Of a stretch of DNA of 64,000 nt, positions 34,932-42,349 are shown piece by piece; the stretch's first letter is position 1, and every line of letters begins with the position of its first letter. The notes below the pieces were generated by a model. It worked only from the letters and a program-made list of their open reading frames with translations. It was not told the DNA's origin and did no database searches. The DNA is from an uncultured Alphaproteobacteria bacterium (GTDB lineage: Bacteria > Pseudomonadota > Alphaproteobacteria > HIMB59 > GCA-002718135), in assembly GCA_902595425.1 (NCBI GenBank), contig CACJPV010000004.1, forward strand, positions 47,006-111,005. The letters run 5' to 3'. Position numbers and translations under genes: made by a program.

Positions 34932-34968
34932 TTAAACTTCACTCCGGCATAGCTACGGCGAAAATAAT
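34932..34968 (+). repeat. GC-rich direct repeat R2, right copy
   Basis: TTAAACTTCACTCCGGCATAGCTACGGCGAAAATAAT; direct repeat of 33801..33834. Lies between the two-gene module and the ssrA 3' end. Confidence 0.7.
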
Positions 34969-35017
34969 CCAAATATAAAAAATACCTATATTAATAAAGA
35001 TATTTTAAGATTTATAA

Positions 35018-35265
35018 TGGGGCGTTCTGTTGCCCGGTGCCCCAAACCGCGCTAGCCTAGAATCTAGGCAGCGATAGCTAATCTATTATCGTTAGCGTTT
35101 ATAAAAATAACCCGATAACGGTGGTATAATGCCGAGCAAAGTCTTTATCTTTTAGTCAACGTCAAACCTATTTCGCCCCCATAGTTTTTATGGTGGAGGC
35201 GCCGGGTACCGCCCCCGGGTCCGCATAACCTATTACATAAAGCATTTATTGCTATAGTTGATAAA
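35018..35265 (-). ncRNA. ssrA: Two-piece (circularly permuted) tmRNA gene; both outer ends approximate
   Basis: Read on the minus strand. The acceptor piece ends ...CCGGG-GGCGGTA-CCCGG-CGCCTCC-ACCA (3' end at 35191). A 10-nt spacer TAAAAACTAT follows (35190..35181). The coding piece starts GGGGGCGAAATAGGTTTGACG (5' end at 35180), and GGGGGCG pairs with CGCCTCC including a G3-U pair. Tag frame 35096..35064 is GCT AAC GAT AAT AGA TTA GCT ATC GCT GCC TAG = ANDNRLAIAA*. The stop codon lies in the hairpin GCCTAG-ATT-CTAGGC (35069..35055). Confidence 0.85.
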
Positions 35266-35381
35266 TCAACATTTCTTTTATAAACCAAAGTTAACTATCA
35301 AGAAAGTTTTGAATTATTTAATATAATATTTTCTAAAAATCTGTTGTTTACATTAGGTTTTAGTGAAATAAGATTTTTCTG

Positions 35382-35870
35382 ATGATTAAAGCAATAATGG
35401 CAATAGATGATATAGGAGGGATAAGCAAAGGTAGTAGTATGCCATGGCCTAAGAATTCAAAAGATCTTCAATGGTTTAAAAAAAATACTTTAAATCAAGT
35501 TGTTGTAATGGGTAGTAAAACCTGGGAAGATCCATTTATGCCAACTCCTTTAAAAAATAGAGAGAACATTCTTATTACGACTAAAGATAATTCAAATTAT
35601 CCAGGAGCAAATAAATATATAAAAGGTGATATTGTGAATGCAATTTTAGATTTAGAAAAAAAATATTTAGAAAGAGATATTTTTATAATTGGAGGTTCAG
35701 AAATCATAGTTCAGACATTTGATTTATTTAAAGAGTTTTATTTAACGAGAATCTACGGTAATTTTAAATGTGATAAATTTATTGATATTAACAAGATTGT
35801 TAATTCGATGAATTTAATTGAAAAAATTGATTGTGATGACACTTGTCATTTTGAAATTTGGAGAAAATGA
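35382..35870 (+). CDS. folA: Dihydrofolate reductase
   Basis: 162 aa; MAIDDIGGISKGSSMPWP..SKDLQWFKKNT...VVMGSKTWE...IIGGSEI DHFR pattern. Confidence 0.9.
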   Translation: MIKAIMAIDDIGGISKGSSMPWPKNSKDLQWFKKNTLNQVVVMGSKTWEDPFMPTPLKNRENILITTKDNSNYPGANKYIKGDIVNAILDLEKKYLERDIFIIGGSEIIVQTFDLFKEFYLTRIYGNFKCDKFIDINKIVNSMNLIEKIDCDDTCHFEIWRK

Positions 35871-36697
35871 AAAATTATTTAAATGCATTAAAATATTGTT
35901 ATGACAATGGAGATTTTGTTAAAAGTCGTGCAGGAAATGTTAAAAAATCATTTGGTTATCAAATGCGTTTCAATTTACAAGAAGGGTTTCCCGCAGTAAC
36001 AACTAAAAAATTAGCATGGAAAGCAACGGTTTCTGAATTATTGTGGTTTTTAGAGGGGTCAAATGATGAAAGAAGGCTAGCTGAAATATTATATGAAGAC
36101 AAGAAAAACAATTTAAAAGAAAAAAAAACTATTTGGACCCAAAATGCTAATGCTGAATATTGGAAAGCGAAGTCAAAATTTGATGGTGACGTAGGCAGAA
36201 TATACGGAGTACAATGGAGAAACTTTGGTGGAGTTGATCAAATAGAAAAAATAATTGAAGGTTTAAAAAAAAATCCTGATAGCAGAAGACATATATTAAC
36301 AGCTTGGAATCCTGTTGAGTTAGATGAAATGTCACTTCCCCCTTGTCATGCTTTTTCTCAGTTTTACGTTTCTAAAAACAAACTAAGTTGTCAATTATAT
36401 CAGCGTTCATGTGACATGTTTTTAGGTGTCCCATTTAACATAGCAAGTTATAGCATTTTAATTCATATTCTTGCTAAAGAATGCGGTTACGAAGTTGGGG
36501 AATTTGTTCATTCTTTAGGAGATTTTCATATTTACGAAGAACACTTTGAGCAAGTAAAAATACAATTAACTAGAGAGCCAAAAAAATTGCCAACTTTAAA
36601 ATTTAAACAAAAAAAAATTAATGAGTATAAAACTTCAGATTTTCAATTAATTAATTATGAACATCACCCTAAAATTGTGGCTTCTATGAATGTTTAG
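35867..36697 (+). CDS. thyA: Thymidylate synthase (ThyA, T4 td / B. subtilis ThyA-like subtype)
   Basis: ATG 35867 overlaps the folA TGA as ATGA, with GGAG upstream. GFPAVTTKKLAWKA, YGVQWRNFGGVDQI, active-site LPPCHAF, RSCDMFLGVPFNIASY. The track's TTG 35858 is less likely. Confidence 0.95.
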   Translation: MKNYLNALKYCYDNGDFVKSRAGNVKKSFGYQMRFNLQEGFPAVTTKKLAWKATVSELLWFLEGSNDERRLAEILYEDKKNNLKEKKTIWTQNANAEYWKAKSKFDGDVGRIYGVQWRNFGGVDQIEKIIEGLKKNPDSRRHILTAWNPVELDEMSLPPCHAFSQFYVSKNKLSCQLYQRSCDMFLGVPFNIASYSILIHILAKECGYEVGEFVHSLGDFHIYEEHFEQVKIQLTREPKKLPTLKFKQKKINEYKTSDFQLINYEHHPKIVASMNV

Positions 36698-36699
36698 TT

Positions 36700-37725
36700 T
36701 TAAATATTTTTAGCTATTTCTAAATATTTTTTAGAAATTTCTCCTTCTGGATAATCAATGCAGGCAGGTCTTCCTTCATCTGATTGAATCCTCAAACCTT
36801 TACTTATTGGAAGTGATCCAAGAAATGGTATTTGAAATTTTTCAGCTTCTTTTTTTGCACCATCATTAGAAAAAATAAAATGCTTTTCACTACATTTATC
36901 ACAAATAAAATAGCTCATATTTTCGACTAATCCTAAAATTGGTACATTAACTCTTTTGAACATATTGATACCTTTACGAGCATCAGCCAGTGCAACATCT
37001 TGAGGAGTTGAGACAATTATTGAGCCAGATAATTTTGAGCTTTGAGCAAGAGTTAGTTGAGCATCTCCAGTACCAGGAGGTAAATCTATTATTAGATAAT
37101 CTAATGTCCCCCATTCAACCCCATTAAACATTTGCTCTAGTGCTTTCATCACCATCGGCCCTCTCCAAATTGTTGGTGTGTCAACACTCACTAAAAAACC
37201 TATCGACATACATTTAATTCCATAACTTTCTAGAGGAATTAATTTTTTATTATTGCTTGCTTCTGGTCTACCAGAAATTCCCATCATTCTTGGAACACTT
37301 GGGCCATAAATATCTGCATCTAAAATACCTACTTTTTTTCCTAATTGTTTAAGTGCAACAGCTAAATTAACAGCAAAAGTTGATTTGCCAACACCTCCTT
37401 TGCCACTAGCTATTGCAATAATGTTTGTTGCTTTAATTTTGAACCTAGTTTCATTTTCATTCGATCTATTTAATTGACTCTCTGAAGTGAGAGCCACATT
37501 AACTGATAATATCCCTTCAAGTTTATTGATATCTTCTTTGAATGACTCTGCAATTTTATTATATTGTCCTAAGTATTTCTCGTTAATTGATAGGCTAATA
37601 TTAACGTTCCCATTTTTTTCTATTATTTGGATTTTTGGATTGTTTTGATCAAAAGGTAAATTGTTCTCTGGATCCTTATAATTTTTGGTTAAATTTAAAA
37701 TAGATTGTAAAATTTTGTCAGCCAT
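36700..37725 (-). CDS. apbC: Fe-S cluster carrier ATPase ApbC/Mrp (NBP35 family)
   Basis: 341 aa; N-terminal MIP18/DUF59-like domain, deviant Walker A ASGKGGVGKST, CxxC (CDKCSEKH). Confidence 0.9.
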   Translation of the reverse strand: MADKILQSILNLTKNYKDPENNLPFDQNNPKIQIIEKNGNVNISLSINEKYLGQYNKIAESFKEDINKLEGILSVNVALTSESQLNRSNENETRFKIKATNIIAIASGKGGVGKSTFAVNLAVALKQLGKKVGILDADIYGPSVPRMMGISGRPEASNNKKLIPLESYGIKCMSIGFLVSVDTPTIWRGPMVMKALEQMFNGVEWGTLDYLIIDLPPGTGDAQLTLAQSSKLSGSIIVSTPQDVALADARKGINMFKRVNVPILGLVENMSYFICDKCSEKHFIFSNDGAKKEAEKFQIPFLGSLPISKGLRIQSDEGRPACIDYPEGEISKKYLEIAKNI

Positions 37726-37812
37726 ACTTGATTTTTTAGAATTTACTCAAATATAAGTTAGTAATTAGTTTAAATAATGATACTAGCGTAATTCAATTTT
37801 ATCAAATTATAT

Positions 37813-38910
37813 ATGAATTGGAATAAAAATAACAATGATAATAATCCCTGGGGCTCAGGTGGCAACAGTAACAACCCTTGGGGAACTGGTGGTTCGAATA
37901 ACAATATGGACTTTGAGGAGTCCATTAAAAAAGCTAGAGATAGGTTTGGTAAATTTAAAATTGGTGGACCAAAAAATATTTCAATACTAATTATAATAGG
38001 CATTCTAATATGGCTTGCTTCAGGCTTTTATAGAGTTGAACCAGATGAGCAGGGTGTTGAGTTACTTTTTGGTAAGTGGAATAATAAAACTACAGAGCCA
38101 GGCCTTCATTATTTTTTCCCATCTCCTATAGGTCAAACTATTACTCCAAAGGTTGAAGTAATAAGAAAAATAAATGTAGGTTTTAGAAGCGCTTCTGATC
38201 TAGGCTTTTCATCTAACACAAACGCTGAAAGAAAAGTTATTGAAGAAAGCTTAATGTTAACAGGTGATCAAAATATAGCTGATGTTGCCTTTACTGTTCT
38301 TTATAGAATTAAAGACGCTGGAAATTTTTTATTTAAACTCAGGAATCCTGAACTCACAGTTAAAGACATGGCTGAAAGTGTTGTGAGAGAAGTTGTTGGC
38401 CAGAGAGATTTACAGTTTTTATTAACTGAAGGTAGACAAGAAGTTGAGCAAGTTGTTAGAAATGGTCTTCAGGAAGTTCTTGATGGTTACGAAAGCGGTG
38501 TATTAATTCAATCTGTACAATTACAGAGTGTTGATCCACCATCTCAAGTTATAGATGCCTTTGATGAAGTTCAAAGAGCTCGTCAAGATAAAGAAAGATT
38601 AGTTAACGAAGCTAATACTTACTTGAATAGAATCGTTCCAAACGCTCGAGGTGAAGCTGCAAAATTAATTGAAAGTGCAAGAGCTTACAAAGAACAAGCA
38701 GTTAAACAAGCAGAAGGTGTGGCTCAAAATTTTATAGACGTATATAATAGTTATAAAGATGCTAAAGAAGTAACTAGAAGAAGGATTTATTTAGAAACTC
38801 TTAGAGAAGTGCTTGAAGGAAAGAATAAAATTATATTGGATGACGCAGGTGGTCAAGGAGTTGTCCCTTATTTACCTTTGAACGAAATAAAGAAAGGCAG
38901 TAACAATTGA
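37813..38910 (+). CDS. hflK: FtsH protease modulator HflK
   Basis: 365 aa; low-complexity N-terminus with NPWG repeats, TM helix, SPFH/band-7 domain; followed by hflC. Confidence 0.9.
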   Translation: MNWNKNNNDNNPWGSGGNSNNPWGTGGSNNNMDFEESIKKARDRFGKFKIGGPKNISILIIIGILIWLASGFYRVEPDEQGVELLFGKWNNKTTEPGLHYFFPSPIGQTITPKVEVIRKINVGFRSASDLGFSSNTNAERKVIEESLMLTGDQNIADVAFTVLYRIKDAGNFLFKLRNPELTVKDMAESVVREVVGQRDLQFLLTEGRQEVEQVVRNGLQEVLDGYESGVLIQSVQLQSVDPPSQVIDAFDEVQRARQDKERLVNEANTYLNRIVPNARGEAAKLIESARAYKEQAVKQAEGVAQNFIDVYNSYKDAKEVTRRRIYLETLREVLEGKNKIILDDAGGQGVVPYLPLNEIKKGSNN

Positions 38911-39785
38911 TGAAATTTACTCCTAGAAATATCATTATAGTTCTTCTTTTGTTTATTGGTTTTCTAACATTTACAGGCGCATTTTTTATTGTAAATGAAA
39001 CAAAGCAAGCAATTGTTTTGCAGTTTGGGGATCCAAGAAAAGTTATTACAAAACCAGGCTTACAGTTTAAAATACCTTTTATTCAGGATGCTATTTTTTT
39101 AGACTCAAGATTATTAAATTTAGATCCTCAACCAGAAGAAATGATTTTATCAGATCAAAAAAGAATAATTGTAGACTCATTTGCAAGGTATAGAATTATA
39201 AATCCTTTAAAATTCTTCCAAACAGTTAGAAACGAAGCTACATTTTCAGATAGGTTTGGAAGAATTATTAATGCTTCAGTCAGGGGGGTTATAGCACAGT
39301 ATTCTCTAACATCATTACTTAGCAATGAAAGAATAGAAATTATGCAGGAAATTCAAGATCAAATTTTAACAAACCAAGATTCTTTTGGTGTAGAAATAAT
39401 AGATATACGAATTGGAAGAACAGATCTTACTGAACAAGTTTCTAATAACGTTTATCAGAGAATGCGTTCTGAAAGAGAAAAAGAGGCTAATTTGTTAAGG
39501 GCCGAAGGTGAAGAGTTGTCTAAAGAAATTGTTGCGTCAGCAGATAGGCAACAAACTGTAATAATTGCAGAAGCAGAAAGGACCTCGTCAATTCTAAGAG
39601 GTGAAGGTGATGCGCAAAAAAATAAAATTCTTGCTGATGCATATAGTTTAGATGAAGAATTTTTTGATTTTTTGAGAACTATGCAAGCTTGTAGAGATAC
39701 TTTTGGAGATACTGAAATGTCTATGGTGATTGCCCCGGGTCAAGTTTGTGAAAAGTTTTTTGGAGAAATTGAAATAGAAAACTAA
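38907..39785 (+). CDS. hflC: FtsH protease modulator HflC
   Basis: 292 aa; N-terminal TM helix, SPFH/band-7 domain; 4-nt overlap with hflK. Confidence 0.9.
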   Translation: MMKFTPRNIIIVLLLFIGFLTFTGAFFIVNETKQAIVLQFGDPRKVITKPGLQFKIPFIQDAIFLDSRLLNLDPQPEEMILSDQKRIIVDSFARYRIINPLKFFQTVRNEATFSDRFGRIINASVRGVIAQYSLTSLLSNERIEIMQEIQDQILTNQDSFGVEIIDIRIGRTDLTEQVSNNVYQRMRSEREKEANLLRAEGEELSKEIVASADRQQTVIIAEAERTSSILRGEGDAQKNKILADAYSLDEEFFDFLRTMQACRDTFGDTEMSMVIAPGQVCEKFFGEIEIEN

Positions 39786-39988
39786 TGCTTAAGCTACTCC
39801 TACTGGGTATCGGCTTATTACTTTTCTTTGAAGGTTTATTATATTTTTTCTTGGCAGGTAACCTTAAAAAATTATTGGATCAGCTAGCCACTGTTGATCC
39901 TCAAAAAATAAAGACTATATCTTTAGTTATGACAATAATTGGAGCTTGCCTTATTTATTTCACTTTCAATAATTATGGAGAATTTTAA
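39785..39988 (+). CDS. DUF2065-family small membrane protein (YjeT-like)
   Basis: 67 aa with two TM segments, immediately after hflC as with E. coli yjeT. ATG overlaps the hflC stop. Confidence 0.7.
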   Translation: MLKLLLLGIGLLLFFEGLLYFFLAGNLKKLLDQLATVDPQKIKTISLVMTIIGACLIYFTFNNYGEF

Positions 39989-41382
39989 TGATTAGAATCT
40001 TATCAGTTCTTCTTTTTTTAGCTTTGATTGCTCTCTCTAACTCATTAAAAGCTTATACTGATAGTTTTGCTGACTTAGTTGAAAATTTATCTCCAGCAGT
40101 GGTAAGCATTGCTTCAACAACAATTATTACAAATAATAATTCACAAAACCAAATGCCTCAATTTCCTGAAGGGTCACCATTTGATGAGTTTTTTAAAGAT
40201 TATTTTGATAATGAGAGAAGAAATTCACCTTCTCAGAGACCTATGACAGGTCTTGGATCTGGTTTCATAATTGATAAAGAAGGTATCATTGTTACTAATA
40301 ATCATGTCATTGAGGGCGCTGATGAGATTACTGTTATAATGTCTGATCAAACTGAATTTTCTGCAGAATTATTGGGAAGAGATCCTAAAGCAGATTTAGC
40401 AGTTTTAAAAATAGAGCCAGGTCAAACTGAGCTTACAGCAGTGGAGTGGGGAAACTCCGATTTAATGAGAGTTGGTGATTGGTCAATTGCAATTGGTAAT
40501 CCACTTGGACTTGGAGGTACGGTTACAGCAGGGATCATTTCAGCAATTTCAAGAGACTTAAGAGGAAGCAGCCCTTATGTGAAATTTTTACAGACTGATG
40601 CTTCAATAAATAGAGGTAATTCTGGTGGACCTCTTTTTAATGTTGAGGGTAAAGTAATTGGAATTAATACAGCAATAATCTCACAGACTGGAGGAAGTAT
40701 TGGTCTTGGATTTGCAATTCCTTCAAACAGTGCTAAAAAAATAGTTCAACAGCTAAAAGATTTTGGACGTACAAAAAGAGGATGGTTGGGAGTTCAAATC
40801 CAACCAGTTTCAAAAGATTTTGCAGAAAGTTTAGGACTTGAAAATGAAAAAGGTGCTTTTGTTTCTAACGTAAATCCCAAAGGTCCATCCAAAAAAGCAG
40901 GAATTGAGGATGGCGATGTTATACTTAAGTTTAATGATATTGAAATTGTCAAAATGACTGATTTACCAAGAGTAGTAGCAGAAGCTGATGTAGGCTCTAT
41001 TGCTAAAGTAGAGATTTGGCGCAAAAACAAAAAAATTATTATTGAAGTTGAGCTAGGTGAACTACCTGAACAAACTTATGTAAATAAAAAACCGCAAAAA
41101 AAAGAAAGTCAATCTCAAGGACAAATAATTAAATCATTGGGTATCACAATTAAGGATGGAACAGATTCATTTGGCGTTATTGTAACAAAAATAGATGCTG
41201 ATGAAATAAATTTACAAAAGGATGATATTATATTGGAAGTGAATAGAGAACCAGTTGAGTCACTAACTTCTTTTGTAAGGCTTGTTGAAAAATATGAAAA
41301 AACTGGAAGATCATCTTTGTTACTCAAGATTAAAAGAGATGTAGAGACAAGTTGGGTGACAATCAAATTTATCTCTAATTGA
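39988..41382 (+). CDS. degP: Periplasmic serine endoprotease DegP/HtrA family
   Basis: 464 aa; signal peptide; catalytic His (TNNHVI), Asp (DLAVLK), Ser (GNSGGPL); two PDZ domains. Confidence 0.9.
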   Translation: MIRILSVLLFLALIALSNSLKAYTDSFADLVENLSPAVVSIASTTIITNNNSQNQMPQFPEGSPFDEFFKDYFDNERRNSPSQRPMTGLGSGFIIDKEGIIVTNNHVIEGADEITVIMSDQTEFSAELLGRDPKADLAVLKIEPGQTELTAVEWGNSDLMRVGDWSIAIGNPLGLGGTVTAGIISAISRDLRGSSPYVKFLQTDASINRGNSGGPLFNVEGKVIGINTAIISQTGGSIGLGFAIPSNSAKKIVQQLKDFGRTKRGWLGVQIQPVSKDFAESLGLENEKGAFVSNVNPKGPSKKAGIEDGDVILKFNDIEIVKMTDLPRVVAEADVGSIAKVEIWRKNKKIIIEVELGELPEQTYVNKKPQKKESQSQGQIIKSLGITIKDGTDSFGVIVTKIDADEINLQKDDIILEVNREPVESLTSFVRLVEKYEKTGRSSLLLKIKRDVETSWVTIKFISN

Positions 41383-42296
41383 AAAAAACCATTTATGTAA
41401 TTGCAGGTCCTACTGCTTCAGGAAAATCAGAATTTTCTATAAAATTAGCAAAAAAAATAAATGGTGTTGTTATCAATTCTGATAGTATGCAAGTCTATAA
41501 AAACTTAAAAATTCTTACAGCTCGTCCTTCAGGTTTAGAAACGGAAAGCATCCCTCATTATCTTTATGGTTACATTGATGGTAAAGAACGTTATAATGTT
41601 GAAAAATGGTGTAATGATGCAGCAGAAATTATTCATCAGACCTTTAAAAATAATTTAATACCAATATTAGTTGGTGGAACTGGTTTATATATTGATGCAT
41701 TAATTAATGGTTTAATTGATATTCCATCAATTCCAGAGAGTATTAAAAAAGAATCTGACAAAATAATAAGAGAATTTGGAAAAGATTTTTTAATTAATCA
41801 AATTAAAAATTTTGACCCTAATTCACTTAAAGAAGTAAATTTTAATGATACAGTGCGAATAAGAAGGATTTGGGAAATATACGAGTCAACTGGTAAAAAA
41901 CTTAGCGATTGGAAATTAAATAAAAATAAAAAATTTATTGAAAATTTTAATTTTAAAATTTTTCTATTTTTACCAGATAGAAAAAAAAATTATGAAATTG
42001 TGAATTTTAGATTTGTTAATATGATTAAAAAAGGTGCAGTTGAGGAAGTAAAAAAATTATTAGCACTTAAACTTAATACATCACTTCCTGTAATGAGAGC
42101 GCACGGTGTTCCTGAAATTTCAAAATATCTAGCTAATGAAATTAATTTAGATGAATGTATCAATAAAGGACAACAAGTTACAAGGAATTATGTTAAAAGA
42201 CAGCATACATGGTGGAACTCCTCAAAATTAGAGATTTACAAGAAATTTGATAAATTTCCTTCTGAAATTGATATAAAATCTATTAAATTTGACTGA
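41379..42296 (+). CDS. miaA: tRNA dimethylallyltransferase
   Basis: 305 aa; P-loop GPTASGKS close to the N-terminus; TTG start overlapping the degP stop. Confidence 0.9.
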   Translation: MKKTIYVIAGPTASGKSEFSIKLAKKINGVVINSDSMQVYKNLKILTARPSGLETESIPHYLYGYIDGKERYNVEKWCNDAAEIIHQTFKNNLIPILVGGTGLYIDALINGLIDIPSIPESIKKESDKIIREFGKDFLINQIKNFDPNSLKEVNFNDTVRIRRIWEIYESTGKKLSDWKLNKNKKFIENFNFKIFLFLPDRKKNYEIVNFRFVNMIKKGAVEEVKKLLALKLNTSLPVMRAHGVPEISKYLANEINLDECINKGQQVTRNYVKRQHTWWNSSKLEIYKKFDKFPSEIDIKSIKFD

Positions 42297-42349
42297 TTTT
42301 GAAGTAATTTATTGATTTTATTTTATCCACAGCCTAAGAGACCTTGGCA

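Noticed and set aside
31341-35040. The recurring GGGGCGTTCTGTTGCCCGGTGC-like element as a riboswitch or 5'-UTR regulatory RNA. It lies just upstream of several minus-strand genes. SAM-II/SAM-V, glycine and guanidine-II classes were considered.
   Set aside because: It does not match the consensus cores of those classes as I remember them. Differences between copies look like decay and indels rather than compensatory changes. The best copy is identical to the end of the tmRNA gene, which favours an att-type origin. This is not fully excluded (see the refutation criteria for the first finding).
31341-35040. CRISPR array or classical integron
   Set aside because: The repeats are not identical, are irregularly spaced (0.45-1.3 kb apart) and are separated by full genes rather than 30-40 nt spacers. 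No cas genes, no intI integrase or attI, and no attC-type imperfect inverted-repeat structure is shared by all copies.
35018-35040. The plus-strand reading GGGGCGTTCTG... resembles the 5' end of a standard one-piece tmRNA (GGGGCUGAUUCUG...)
   Set aside because: There is no T-arm/CCA partner downstream on the plus strand, and the minus-strand two-piece gene explains the region completely. The resemblance is judged coincidental.
35266-35381. Search for an ssrA promoter (minus strand) and folA promoter (plus strand) in the shared upstream spacer
   Set aside because: Only weak matches were found (e.g. TTGATA with poor spacing to TATAAA on the minus strand). Nothing is convincing enough to annotate.
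37813-37920. NPWG-containing low-complexity repeats at the HflK N-terminus as something unusual
   Set aside because: A Gly/Asn/Pro-rich N-terminal region with PWG motifs is typical of HflK proteins.
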